Under the pieces are notes generated by a model. That model was not told the DNA's origin and ran no database searches. It saw only the letters and a list, made by a program, of their open reading frames with translations. Of a stretch of DNA of 64,000 nt, positions 54,953-64,000 are shown piece after piece. Position 1 is the first letter of the stretch. The number at the start of each line of letters is the position of its first letter. This DNA is from Nannocystales bacterium. GTDB taxonomy: Bacteria; Myxococcota_A; Polyangia; Nannocystales; Nannocystaceae. The stretch lies in assembly GCA_050633305.1 (NCBI GenBank), contig JBOEGF010000024.1, forward strand, positions 373,702-437,701, read 5' to 3'. The position numbers and the translations under genes are program-made.

Positions 54953-56530
54953 CTAGCCTGGCTCTTGCTCGTCGTCCTCGGGGCTCGTGCGGACGGCTTT
55001 GGCGAGCAAGGCCGTGCCCAGAGCCGCAGCGCCGATGCGGCTCTCGCCTTGCACGCTGCAGCCTCCGCCGCCGCCCGAGGCTCCACCCGACGCGTCGGTG
55101 TCGGTGTCGCCCCCGGTCACGTCGTCCGCGGAGCTGCCCGAGGAGTCGCCACCTGGCGTTGCGGTGGTGCCACTCGCGGAGTCACTGTCGCTGGTCTCGC
55201 CGGGTCCTGTGGTTTGCTCGCCTGTCTCACCACCGGACTCGCCTCCCGTGCTGGAGTCGCCTCCCCCGGACCCGTCGGGGAACGGACCGGTCACCATGAG
55301 CGTGAGCCCTTCCTCCTGGATGTTCACGAACAGCGCCGTGCCATCCGGAGAGAAGCAAGCGCCGGTGAGCTCGCTGTCGCTGAGGGCGTTGCGTGCGAAG
55401 TCGCAGAGGGTCCCGTCTTCGGCGAGCACACGGACGAACTGGTCGTTGTTGCCGTCCTCGCAGATGAACAGCTCGCCCCATGGGGCGACGGTGAGGTTGT
55501 CGGGGAAGTCGAGGGTTGCGGCGCCGTCGGAGACCGCGATGAGCTCGAGGGTGCCGGTGTCGCCGTCGTCGATGACACGGAAGATCTGGCCGAGCCCAGC
55601 GGGGCCGCCGTTGGTGCAGGAGAAGTAGATCTCTCCTTCGAAGTACCAGAGACCTTCGCCGCGGATGAACACGCTTGCACCATCCGCCTGTGCGGCGTAA
55701 CGAACGGTGTCGTCATCGGGGGCGGGCTCCGCGATGTCGACCCATTCGATCTCGAAAATCTCTCCCACTTTGCCCAAACCGGCGGTGTTGAGCGTGTCGG
55801 TGTCGAGGATTCGTAGCGCCTGGAGACGGCCCTCAAACGGAAACTCGAGGTCGTCGGGGACGTGTCGGTAGAAGCAGCCGTCGCCGCGGTCCTCGGTCAG
55901 GTACGTGACGAGGGTGTCGGGGTCGACCGCGGCCGCTTCGTGGTTGTAGCGGCCAAACCCGATGATCGGCTCGGCGGGGACGACCGACTCGGCGTCTTGA
56001 GGGCAGGCGAAGACGTAGCCGTGCTCGCCCACCGTGTTCTCCTCGCAGGAGAGCCAGCCCCAGGGGCTCGGGCCGCCCGCGCAGTTGCGGACGGTCCCGG
56101 TGAGCACGAGGTTGGTCGAGATGACCGTGCCCGTCTCTGCGTTGATGACGACCCGCGTCACGCCGCCGAAGCCGTCCGGATCGTAGGCTTCTTTGGGTGC
56201 TTCTCCATCGGCGTACGCGCCGTTGGCGTCGTCGCCCGCGCTGACCTCGTGGTTGCGCATGAGCAGCCAGGTGCCGTCAGCTCCGGCGAAGCAGGCCATG
56301 CCGTCGGGGCGGCCGGGTACGACGTAGCCGTCGGCCATCGAGGCGCCAGCTTCTTGCAGCACCGTGTAGGAGAAGCCTTCTGGGAGATCGAGGATCCCGT
56401 CCGGATCGGCGACCAGCTTGCCGTACTCGCTCGCCGAGGCTCGACGGGAGAACAGGCTGGAGAACAGTGCCGCGGCTCCAGCAGCGCCCAGCGACCCCTT
56501 CACAAACACACGACGGCCTAAGCGATTCAT
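54953..56530 (-). CDS. PhoX/DUF839-family alkaline phosphatase (Tat-exported, with a C-terminal anchor)
   Basis: GRRVFVK Tat motif, PDGM, RNHE, NCAGG.SPWG.WLSCEE, GRYNHEA, RGEG, PDNL, ELTG..FSPDG; S/T/G linker then GGGCSV tail. Confidence 0.9.
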   Translation of the reverse strand: MNRLGRRVFVKGSLGAAGAAALFSSLFSRRASASEYGKLVADPDGILDLPEGFSYTVLQEAGASMADGYVVPGRPDGMACFAGADGTWLLMRNHEVSAGDDANGAYADGEAPKEAYDPDGFGGVTRVVINAETGTVISTNLVLTGTVRNCAGGPSPWGWLSCEENTVGEHGYVFACPQDAESVVPAEPIIGFGRYNHEAAAVDPDTLVTYLTEDRGDGCFYRHVPDDLEFPFEGRLQALRILDTDTLNTAGLGKVGEIFEIEWVDIAEPAPDDDTVRYAAQADGASVFIRGEGLWYFEGEIYFSCTNGGPAGLGQIFRVIDDGDTGTLELIAVSDGAATLDFPDNLTVAPWGELFICEDGNNDQFVRVLAEDGTLCDFARNALSDSELTGACFSPDGTALFVNIQEEGLTLMVTGPFPDGSGGGDSSTGGESGGETGEQTTGPGETSDSDSASGTTATPGGDSSGSSADDVTGGDTDTDASGGASGGGGGCSVQGESRIGAAALGTALLAKAVRTSPEDDEQEPG

Positions 56531-56712
56531 GCTGGCATCATGCCCTGAGCCCGGTCGCGGCGCAGTCACGAACTGGAAAACTGACCGAAACATGAGCTGG
56601 AGACCGGAAGCCGAGCTCGGTGCGGGGTGGAGCCACGCGGGTCGGCGTGGGGAAGCGAGGGATGGACGACGGGTTGAAATCGTTTGGCCCGCTCGCGCGT
56701 ATTCGTCTCCCT

Positions 56713-57456
56713 ATGGCCCGCGAACCTGCTTCTTCGTCGTCTTTGGTCGCTCGCGTCGCGGCCGTCTTGGTGCTCGGGCTGTCGTGTACCGCCGCGATGA
56801 ACGCGTACGCCACCGTGGCTGCAGGTGCCGATTGGCTCGCCGCCTGGACGGCCGCCAGCGCGCTGTACACCGTTGTGGGGGCGGGGCTGTGGCGCCGGAC
56901 GCCGTGGGCTCGGAGCCTGGGCCTGGGCGTGGTGCTGTGGGGCTTGCTGGCCTGGGTGCAGTCGATGTTCGCAGGGCTGGGGTTCCACCCCTTGCTGCTG
57001 GGAATTGTGGGCGGGCATGCGGTTGTGGCAGCACTGCTCGCACTGTGTGAGTGTGGACTCGAGCCGCGGCATCGTTGGTCGTTGCTCCTCGCCGGCGCTG
57101 CGCTTCCGGGGGCCTTGATGTACGGCTTTGCACCGCTTGCCGACCCCCAAACTCGGGTAATGCTGGTGGGGGGAGCTGGACTCTTGTTCGCGATGGCGGT
57201 CGGGCTGTCTCGCGGCCGTACCTGGGGACTGCTCGCAGCGTTGCCCGCGGTCCCGATGTTGTGCACGGGGGCGTTCGTCGCCCCCGCGGTGGTCCCGATC
57301 TCGCTCATGCACCCGCTGCTCGCCGCTGACCTCATGCCCCATGGCGTCTTGATGCTGCGATTTCTCGGTGTGAGCGCGGCGGTGCTCGCCTGTGCTTCGG
57401 TGCTCCCCTTTGCAGGTCCCGTGGCTCGTTTCCTCCGAGGCACCCCAGCCTCGTGA
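56713..57456 (+). CDS. Multi-pass membrane protein (hypothetical)
   Basis: About 8 hydrophobic segments; start uncertain (56662 or 56713). Confidence 0.7.
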   Translation: MAREPASSSSLVARVAAVLVLGLSCTAAMNAYATVAAGADWLAAWTAASALYTVVGAGLWRRTPWARSLGLGVVLWGLLAWVQSMFAGLGFHPLLLGIVGGHAVVAALLALCECGLEPRHRWSLLLAGAALPGALMYGFAPLADPQTRVMLVGGAGLLFAMAVGLSRGRTWGLLAALPAVPMLCTGAFVAPAVVPISLMHPLLAADLMPHGVLMLRFLGVSAAVLACASVLPFAGPVARFLRGTPAS

Positions 57457-57472
57457 GGCGGTCCGCCCGACG

Positions 57473-58435
57473 TTACGGGCAGCTGAGGTCGATCTCCGCG
57501 TAGGTGGAGTTCTCGTAGATGAGGGCCCCAAGGTAGGGCAGCGGTCCGCCCTTCACGTGGAAGTCGACGACGCCTTCGAGCGCTCCGACGTTGCCGCTGA
57601 CGAACTCGACACCCCAGTCATCGACCACGAGCTCCTGGCCGAGGTCCGCGCGGGCTGCATCGGCGCCGAGAAGCTCGAACTCCATCGGCGCTGCGCCGAG
57701 CAGCGCGGCGGCCGACATTCGTGTGGTCTGCACGTCGTACCGGACGGTCGTTTCTTCCTGCGGGTCGCTGACGGTGATCGTGGACTCGAACAGGAGCGTG
57801 CCGAGTTGGTCCTGTGCTTGGTCCCAGGTGTTGAGCGACAACGCGATCGGGCTCTGCGGCTCGGCTCCGAACCCGAGCATCTCGGCGTACGGCCCCGGGG
57901 CGTCGAAGTGCAACTGGGCGGTGGCGGCGAGCGGATCGCTGGGGTCGAAGTCGACCGCGACCCGAGCTCCGCGAAGGTACGTGGTCACCTCGAAGAGGTT
58001 CTCGCTGACAGGGTCGCCGGCCCGCCCGAAACTGTAGTCGGTCGCGAGGTAGAACCGAGTCGTCATCTCGGCGCCTGCGGCATCCGAGGTGTACAAACCC
58101 TCGCCTTCGAAACGCCACCCTTCCGGGGTCGCATCCGAGCGGTTGTCGACGATGGCATCGACGATACCGGTGACGATCGAGGAGCAGAGGGTGACCGAAA
58201 GCCCCCCGCACGCGACCATCTCGTGGATGCTGAGGTCGAAGTCGGAGACGATCTGCGTCGCGTCGTCGACGTCGTGGTCCTCCCGGCATTCCGCGAGGAA
58301 CTCCTCGGGCATCTCCTGCGTGCCCTCGGCGCTCTCCTGTTCGTCGAGGCCCCCGTCGTCGTCGCCGGATGTGGTGGTGATGAGGCAGCCGGGCGCGATC
58401 GCCGTGGTCAGGATCAGGGGCAGAGCAAGCTTCAT
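57473..58435 (-). CDS. Acidic beta-rich lipoprotein (hypothetical)
   Basis: MKLALPLILTTAIAPGC lipobox; codon bias is typical for the window. Confidence 0.75.
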   Translation of the reverse strand: MKLALPLILTTAIAPGCLITTTSGDDDGGLDEQESAEGTQEMPEEFLAECREDHDVDDATQIVSDFDLSIHEMVACGGLSVTLCSSIVTGIVDAIVDNRSDATPEGWRFEGEGLYTSDAAGAEMTTRFYLATDYSFGRAGDPVSENLFEVTTYLRGARVAVDFDPSDPLAATAQLHFDAPGPYAEMLGFGAEPQSPIALSLNTWDQAQDQLGTLLFESTITVSDPQEETTVRYDVQTTRMSAAALLGAAPMEFELLGADAARADLGQELVVDDWGVEFVSGNVGALEGVVDFHVKGGPLPYLGALIYENSTYAEIDLSCP

Positions 58436-58486
58436 GACCGTGGGTGCCCGCATGCGGCCCGGATTCGTGAACCGTCCCGGTAAAAC

Positions 58487-60190
58487 TCAGCGCACGGGGG
58501 GAAACCAGACGATGAAGCCCTGTTCGAGCAGGTCCTCGGTGGCCTCTTGAGAGGAGAGGACGCCGGTGTCAGCGGCTTCCAGCGCGGCCTGGACCTCGGG
58601 AGTCTCTTCGAGCACCCGAGGCTCGCCGGCCCAGCGAATCGCGACGACGGCCGCGATCGGGGCGTCGCTTCCCTCCGGGTCTTCGCCGAGAACTGTATCC
58701 AGGGTGTCGCGGGAGATCGCATCTCGACGCAGCGTGGTGTTCACCCGGACACGGCCGGGAGCGTCGAGGTCCTCGGGAAGTCCGCCGAACCGCTCTGCCT
58801 CGAGATCCGCACCGGGCGGCTGTCGCAGCCAAGCTTCGAACGAAGCCGCTTCGCAGTGGGGGGAAGCTTGCTGCTCCAAGTAGTCGGCAAACCGCGCTGC
58901 AAGTGCGCGAGGTTCCTGCGGCTCGTCGGCTTCGGCGAAGTCGCGGGCGAGCCCGGCCACGTCTACGCCCTCGAGCGCTCGGGGGAGCGCGGTTCGGAGG
59001 CCGGCGATCAGCGAGGTCCGCGCTCCGTCGGTGGTCGGAAGCCAACCCCAACCCCCGGCTACGGTCCGGTCGGCGACGTCGGGGTCGAGCGCGCGAAGCC
59101 GGGCCGGGAGCTCGCGAAGCGTGTCCTGGGTCGGGTGTCCGCCCGCGAGGGCGTCGACGCAGGGCATGAGGGCGTCTTCTGCCTCATCGCTGTCGAGGGC
59201 CTCGATGTGTAGGAGCAATCGGTACGCGAGGTCGGACGCGGTCCTTCGTTCCCGGGCGGCGACTCTCTCGGCGTGGGGGGCGAGCGCGTAGGGTTGCGTC
59301 AACAGGCCGTTGGCAAGCTCGCGGACGTGCGCGAGGTGGTCCGCGCAGCTCTCGAACCGGTCGACGCCCACGTCGGCGAATCGCTCGACCCAGGCTCCAA
59401 AACTCCAGGCGGTGAGACGGTTCCAGTGGGCGCGCAGGTACCCGACCGCGTCGCTGCTGGCGTCGAGGCCCGGCCGTGGGGTGGACACGATCCGTCCGGA
59501 GGACAGCTCCCTCTCACAGGCGTCGAGTTCGGTCTCCAGGTGCTCCAGTGCGTGGGCCGCAGCGGCTTCGGCATGCTCGGGCGCGGTGTCGGCTTGCCAC
59601 GCAGGGACGAGGGATTGCTCGCAACGCTCGCACAGGGTCCGATCGGGTCGCGTACCGGCGTGCTCGGGGCAGGTGTGTCGACCGATCTCGTCAAAGCCGT
59701 ACCAGTGGACGACGGGGAGCAGCTCGGAGAGACGGGCCGAGAGGTAGGCCTCGAATCGAGTGAGCTCGGGTCGCCAAGCGAAGCGAGCCAGCCGGTGCAG
59801 CAGCTCGTGGGGGCGCCACTTGGATCGGTGACTCGGGTGGAAGACCGGCAGCGGCCCCTCGAGAAACGCGGAGAAGTACTTGGGCACATGCAAGACGCCC
59901 TCGCGCCACTGCTCTGGGACGAAGGCATCGTCGTCCATTCCGACATCGATCTCCGGTCGCGCCCCTTCGGGCAGCAGGGGGGAGAGGCGGTGCTCATGGT
60001 GGACGAAGCAACGCCCCTCGTTGGCGGCGGCGATGGCGATGCGGGCCGATATGGCGCTGGCCTCCAGCTCGACCGCAGGCGCTCCGAGGAACGAAGCGAC
60101 CTCGCCCAGGGGCGTCGCCTCTTGAGCGAGGACGGCACGGGCCAGGGTGGGGGCATCGGGAAAGGAGCCGACGAGCGCGGGGAGCTGCAC
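58487..60190 (-). CDS. Hypothetical HExxH-motif protein with a Cys/His cluster
   Basis: KWRPHELLH with a downstream Glu (RLSELLP); CPEH...CERC; no signal peptide. Confidence 0.75.
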   Translation of the reverse strand: MQLPALVGSFPDAPTLARAVLAQEATPLGEVASFLGAPAVELEASAISARIAIAAANEGRCFVHHEHRLSPLLPEGARPEIDVGMDDDAFVPEQWREGVLHVPKYFSAFLEGPLPVFHPSHRSKWRPHELLHRLARFAWRPELTRFEAYLSARLSELLPVVHWYGFDEIGRHTCPEHAGTRPDRTLCERCEQSLVPAWQADTAPEHAEAAAAHALEHLETELDACERELSSGRIVSTPRPGLDASSDAVGYLRAHWNRLTAWSFGAWVERFADVGVDRFESCADHLAHVRELANGLLTQPYALAPHAERVAARERRTASDLAYRLLLHIEALDSDEAEDALMPCVDALAGGHPTQDTLRELPARLRALDPDVADRTVAGGWGWLPTTDGARTSLIAGLRTALPRALEGVDVAGLARDFAEADEPQEPRALAARFADYLEQQASPHCEAASFEAWLRQPPGADLEAERFGGLPEDLDAPGRVRVNTTLRRDAISRDTLDTVLGEDPEGSDAPIAAVVAIRWAGEPRVLEETPEVQAALEAADTGVLSSQEATEDLLEQGFIVWFPPVR

Positions 60191-60238
60191 GAGGGGGAGG
60201 GTAGTGGCCCCCGTGCTCGCTTGCTACAACCGGCTGCG

Positions 60239-61129
60239 ATGCCCACCGCAACCGCCGGCGCGCTGCAGTTGAACTACGACCTCCGCGGGGAGGGGACGCC
60301 GCTGTTGCTGGTGATGGGCTTGGGCGCACAGAAGGTGCTGTGGCCGGAGGGGTTGTGCGACATGCTCGCGGAGCGGGGATTCGCCGTGGCTCGCTTCGAC
60401 AATCGCGACGTGGGCGAATCCACGCGGCTGGATCACTTGGGTGTGCCCTCGTTGCGCAAGGCCATGCTGCGGTGGACGGCGGGGCTCGACGTCCAGGCTC
60501 CCTACCAGCTCTCCGATCTCGCCGACGATGCGTTCGCCGTGTTGGACGCCTTGGGCTGGTCTGCTGCGCACGTCATGGGGGCTTCGATGGGCGGAATGAT
60601 CGCGCAGAGAATGGCGATCGCGCACCCCAAGCGGATCCGAACCCTCACATCGATCATGTCCCACCCCGGTGACCGACTCTCGATGCTTCCGCACCCCCGC
60701 GCATTGCGGGCGATGCTGGGTCCGCGGCCGCGCACGGCCGAGCAAGCAGGGGAATCGTGGGTTCGGCTGTTCCGCGAGATCGGCAGCGGCCAGCCTCACT
60801 TTGAGTTCGAGGGCGAGTTTCACCGCGCCATGGGACGGCTGCACTTCGAGCGGGGACCCTCCCCGCAGGGGTTCGTCCGGCAAACGCTGGCGGTTCTCGC
60901 CGACGAGGATCGACGTGAAGCCTTGGCGGGCCTCGAAGTTCCCGCGCTCGTCGTGCACGGCACCGCGGATCGGTTGGTGCGATATCGCGGTGGACTGCAG
61001 ACGGTGCAGGCGCTTCGCTCGGCCGAACTGCTGTCCATTGAAGGCATGGGACATGACCTTCCGAAGGACATGTGGCCAACGCTGTGTGACGCGTTCGAGC
61101 ATACCGCGGGGCGAGCTGCGGCCGTGTAG
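60239..61129 (+). CDS. Alpha/beta hydrolase
   Basis: LLVMGLG, FDNRDVG.S, GASMGG, HGTAD, GMGHD. Confidence 0.93.
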   Translation: MPTATAGALQLNYDLRGEGTPLLLVMGLGAQKVLWPEGLCDMLAERGFAVARFDNRDVGESTRLDHLGVPSLRKAMLRWTAGLDVQAPYQLSDLADDAFAVLDALGWSAAHVMGASMGGMIAQRMAIAHPKRIRTLTSIMSHPGDRLSMLPHPRALRAMLGPRPRTAEQAGESWVRLFREIGSGQPHFEFEGEFHRAMGRLHFERGPSPQGFVRQTLAVLADEDRREALAGLEVPALVVHGTADRLVRYRGGLQTVQALRSAELLSIEGMGHDLPKDMWPTLCDAFEHTAGRAAAV

Positions 61130-61202
61130 TCAGCCGCCGCGGTTCTCGCCGAACTTCAGGTGAGACGTTGCGCTGCGAGGCGGGCAGTGTCCGTCCTGCG
61201 CA

Positions 61203-62474
61203 TCATTCGTTTCCTTGGCTGCGTGCCTCGCGGGGCTTCCCGGGAATCTTTGGGTTCCTCAGCGGCGTTGCGAAGCCGTCGATGCCGGGGTGTTCGATCG
61301 GCTTGGGTCCGCCATCGAGATGTCGGAGCTCGATGCGCTCGCCCTCGTACATCAGGTCGGGTCCGTCGTAGAAGAACAGCAGCGGCATCCTCATCCGTGT
61401 GGCGAGAACGGGGTGCTCCTCCTGTGAAAGGTTCGTTTGGTCGAGGTGTTCGATGACGCAGGCATCTCCGAGCCCGTCGACGACATCTCCAGACACGACC
61501 GTCACGTCGCTGACCGACCCTACAGGCGTGACCGTCAGCTCGAGTGTCGCGTCGGTCTCCAGCTCTCCGCCCCGAGCGGCAGCTTCTCGGTAGCAGTCCC
61601 GGAGACCTTCGCGAGAGGCGCGGAGGACCGAACGGGCGAGCGTCCGGACCGCCCGGCGGTGCGGGAGCGGGACGCCCTGGAGTTCGATGGTCTCGAGGGT
61701 TCCGGTTCGGCGAACCATCGGGCGCGGACCGGAGAGGACGGCGATGCCCGGTGTGGTCATGAAGGTGTAACCCCCGGAATCCGCGAACCATCCCTCCAGT
61801 TTCTCTCGAACCTGAGGATCGTCGGGGTCGTAGAACCACTCACGGCGGACGCGGACATCTCGGGACAGTGTGTCGGTGAGCTCCTCTCCCTCGTGAGTAT
61901 CGAATTCGTTGTCGAGAACCCGGGAGCGGAGAACACGCTTGTCGCCTCGGGAGCCGGCTGGGGATACCGCCGACTGGGGAGCCGGTGCCTCGAGCGCCTC
62001 GGCGAATGTCTCTGCGTCGTACAGCAGCTCGTAGATGTCTTCACGCTGTTTCGCGTGCTCCTCCCCGAACAGCTCCGCATGACGCTCGGCGTACGACAGC
62101 AGCATCTGGGCGGCGTCGCGCGCATAGGCACTGTCGCGCTCTGCGTTCGCCGCGAGCAGTTGGACATGGGCCATGCGCATCAACAAGGCGTGTCGCAACT
62201 CGTCGTTCTGGGTCTTGCGGGGGAGCGAGAGGATCGAATGCCGCATCAGCCGGACCGCATCCGCATAGTGGCCAGCATCGGCCATGGCTTCGGCGGTCTC
62301 GTACATTCGTGCGGCGCTGACTCGAGCCGAGCGGACTCGCTTGGTCGGGGGCTTGGTCGGGGGCTGGCTGCCGGTGCTGCTGCCGTCCGCGCAACCGAGT
62401 AGCCAGATCGCTCCTATCGCCGTGATGAACCCCCTCACGTGTTGGCCAACGCACAGGGGGAGGCCTGCTTTCAC
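61203..62474 (-). CDS. Lipoprotein with TPR-like helices and an AgmX/PglI-type (TonB_C-like) C-terminal domain
   Basis: LLGC lipobox; LRDCYREA...LTVTPVGSV...ACV...P pattern; start may be GTG 62438. Confidence 0.7.
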   Translation of the reverse strand: MKAGLPLCVGQHVRGFITAIGAIWLLGCADGSSTGSQPPTKPPTKRVRSARVSAARMYETAEAMADAGHYADAVRLMRHSILSLPRKTQNDELRHALLMRMAHVQLLAANAERDSAYARDAAQMLLSYAERHAELFGEEHAKQREDIYELLYDAETFAEALEAPAPQSAVSPAGSRGDKRVLRSRVLDNEFDTHEGEELTDTLSRDVRVRREWFYDPDDPQVREKLEGWFADSGGYTFMTTPGIAVLSGPRPMVRRTGTLETIELQGVPLPHRRAVRTLARSVLRASREGLRDCYREAAARGGELETDATLELTVTPVGSVSDVTVVSGDVVDGLGDACVIEHLDQTNLSQEEHPVLATRMRMPLLFFYDGPDLMYEGERIELRHLDGGPKPIEHPGIDGFATPLRNPKIPGKPREARSQGNE

Positions 62475-63643
62475 CCCACGGGGACGAACTCATCACAGGC
62501 GGAGCCGATCGTCTCCACGGCGGAGTCGAAGAACGCGACATAGCTGTCTGCACACACCGAACCCACGATCCCGTGCTCTCCCCACAGCTCGGTGAACTCG
62601 CGAATCCTCGGGGCCGGTTCAGCCCCCTCAAACGTGTTTGGGTCGAGCGGTGCGCAGATGCCCTCGGGGACATCGCCGTCCCCGATCAGGGCCATCGCAA
62701 TGATGGCGTCACCGTTGCCATTCTTCGCCTCGACCAACGCGTCGACCCATGCGTGCGGCGAGCCGGCGGAGTCGCCCTGCAGGTCGTTTGCGTTGGGACC
62801 ATTGTCATCCTCGTCCGTGATGATCACGACCACGAGCACGGCGTTGTCCCGCAAGAAGCCCTCGTTGCACGCCGCGACGTCGCCGGCGCCCGTCAGGCCT
62901 TGAATCATCGCTTCCATGGGCTTCTCGCCCAGCGAGGAGTTGGTCCCGACTCGGGCCGCGCACTCGAAAGAGCCGGAGAGGTCGGGCTCTCCCGAGGCGA
63001 TGAAACGCCTGCCGGAGGCGAAATCGCAGGTCTCGTTGGAGGCATCGCGGCCGCGGGGGTGCGTGACGCCGGCTCCGAGGACGTCTTCGCATTCCATGGG
63101 CTGGGTTTCCCCGCAGACATAGTCCCCGATGCCCGAACACAGTTCCCGCAAGGCACACGGGTATCCGCAATCGCACGAGCCGTCGGCGCTTTGCGCTTCG
63201 CACGAGGAGGCCTGCGCGCATGCGTCTTCGCAGCCACCGTAGACCCAGGGGTCCGAGTCGGTGACCATGATGTGATAGGTGCCCGAACCGACCGGAAGGC
63301 GCTGCTCGATCGCGGAGACGAAACCGGGGACGGAGTCGACCAGCTGCTGTTGCTCGTCTGCCATCGAGCCGCTGTTGTCGATCACGAACAGGAAGTCGAC
63401 CGCGTCGCAGCCCACGTCTGCGTCGGGGTCCACACCCGAACCCGGAGCCTCGGTCGGATCGGCTCCGGTCGTGTCGCCGCTGGATTCACCGTCAGCCGTA
63501 TCTGCTGAGTCCGTTGGGTCCATGCTTTCGGTGGCCGATGAGGCCGGCCCGGGGTTGACGGAGGTGTCGAGTCCCCCTTCTTCACGGCTGGGTTCCGAGC
63601 ATGCAGGCACAAGCGCGGCGACGAGCAGGAGGCGGGGCAGCAT
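62471..63643 (-). CDS. Myxobacterial vWA-like Cys-rich lipoprotein
   Basis: VPAC lipobox, DFLFVIDNSGSM, FECAARVG, FLRDNAVLVVVIITDEDD. Confidence 0.85.
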   Translation of the reverse strand: MLPRLLLVAALVPACSEPSREEGGLDTSVNPGPASSATESMDPTDSADTADGESSGDTTGADPTEAPGSGVDPDADVGCDAVDFLFVIDNSGSMADEQQQLVDSVPGFVSAIEQRLPVGSGTYHIMVTDSDPWVYGGCEDACAQASSCEAQSADGSCDCGYPCALRELCSGIGDYVCGETQPMECEDVLGAGVTHPRGRDASNETCDFASGRRFIASGEPDLSGSFECAARVGTNSSLGEKPMEAMIQGLTGAGDVAACNEGFLRDNAVLVVVIITDEDDNGPNANDLQGDSAGSPHAWVDALVEAKNGNGDAIIAMALIGDGDVPEGICAPLDPNTFEGAEPAPRIREFTELWGEHGIVGSVCADSYVAFFDSAVETIGSACDEFVPVG

Positions 63644-63774
63644 GTCGTAGGTGCAGGTCATCGTGTGCGTCCTGCCCAGGGGGTGCGCCCGTGCCTCCCG
63701 AAGGTTCCCTCGGACGCCTGGGGCGTGGCGGAGGTGTCCGTGGCGGGGTGCTTCGAAGAGGGGCGGCGCGCCTG

Positions 63775-64000
63775 CTAGACCGACCACAGGGCGTCGCGCA
63801 GGCCGGAGGCCCGCTCGACGCGGCGCTCGACAGCCTGTTGCAGGACTTCAGGCGTGCCGTAGAGCCGGACGGCCTTCTTGGCTCGAGTGACGCCCGTGTA
63901 GACCAGCTCTCGAGTGAGGATGGGCGAGAGTGCGGGCGGAAGGAGGAGTCCGACGCGTTCGAACTCCGAGCCTTGTGACTTGTGCACCGTCATCGCGAAC
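63775..64000 (-). CDS. recD: RecD (exodeoxyribonuclease V alpha) C-terminus, truncated by the window edge
   Basis: FAMTVHKSQGSEF, LTRELVYTGVTRAK, RASGL. Confidence 0.9.
   Translation of the reverse strand, partial: FAMTVHKSQGSEFERVGLLLPPALSPILTRELVYTGVTRAKKAVRLYGTPEVLQQAVERRVERASGLRDALWSV

Overview
High-GC bacterial window that looks myxobacterial, probably Nannocystaceae-like. This is an inference from the many Ser/Thr/Gly-linker lipoproteins, CGDG-ECDDGN cysteine-rich repeats, MYXO-CTERM-like tails and expanded vWA-like lipoproteins. About 50 CDS are supported; no rRNA, tRNA, CRISPR array or transposase was recognised. Main blocks: (1) a cusCBA-type Cu/Ag RND efflux operon led by a small Cys-rich ORF with an RGPP motif, with a divergent His-rich lipoprotein; (2) a bamD-TPR-exbB-exbD-tonB-MacB-type ABC-GFA envelope cluster in which TonB carries cysteine-rich repeats; (3) repeat-rich lipoproteins, including a six-repeat FG-GAP-like protein and a 7x GCP peptide; (4) a ThiF-nitroreductase (Rv1355c-like) gene convergent with a secreted protein, a PilZ-domain protein and a tryptophan-halogenase-family gene; (5) an atuBCDEF-like acyclic terpene catabolism operon ending in a BKACE gene; (6) a translationally coupled three-gene operon encoding a lysyl-oxidase-like lipoprotein, a pentaheme cytochrome c and a MbnH/MauG-type di-heme enzyme. 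Block 6 is the most striking: the lysyl-oxidase-like protein has lost all three copper-binding histidines but keeps the LTQ Lys/Tyr pair, and there is no mbnP gene beside the di-heme enzyme. It is a candidate for heme-enzyme-driven, copper-independent cofactor or cross-link formation. All family calls come from reading motifs by eye; no database search was run.
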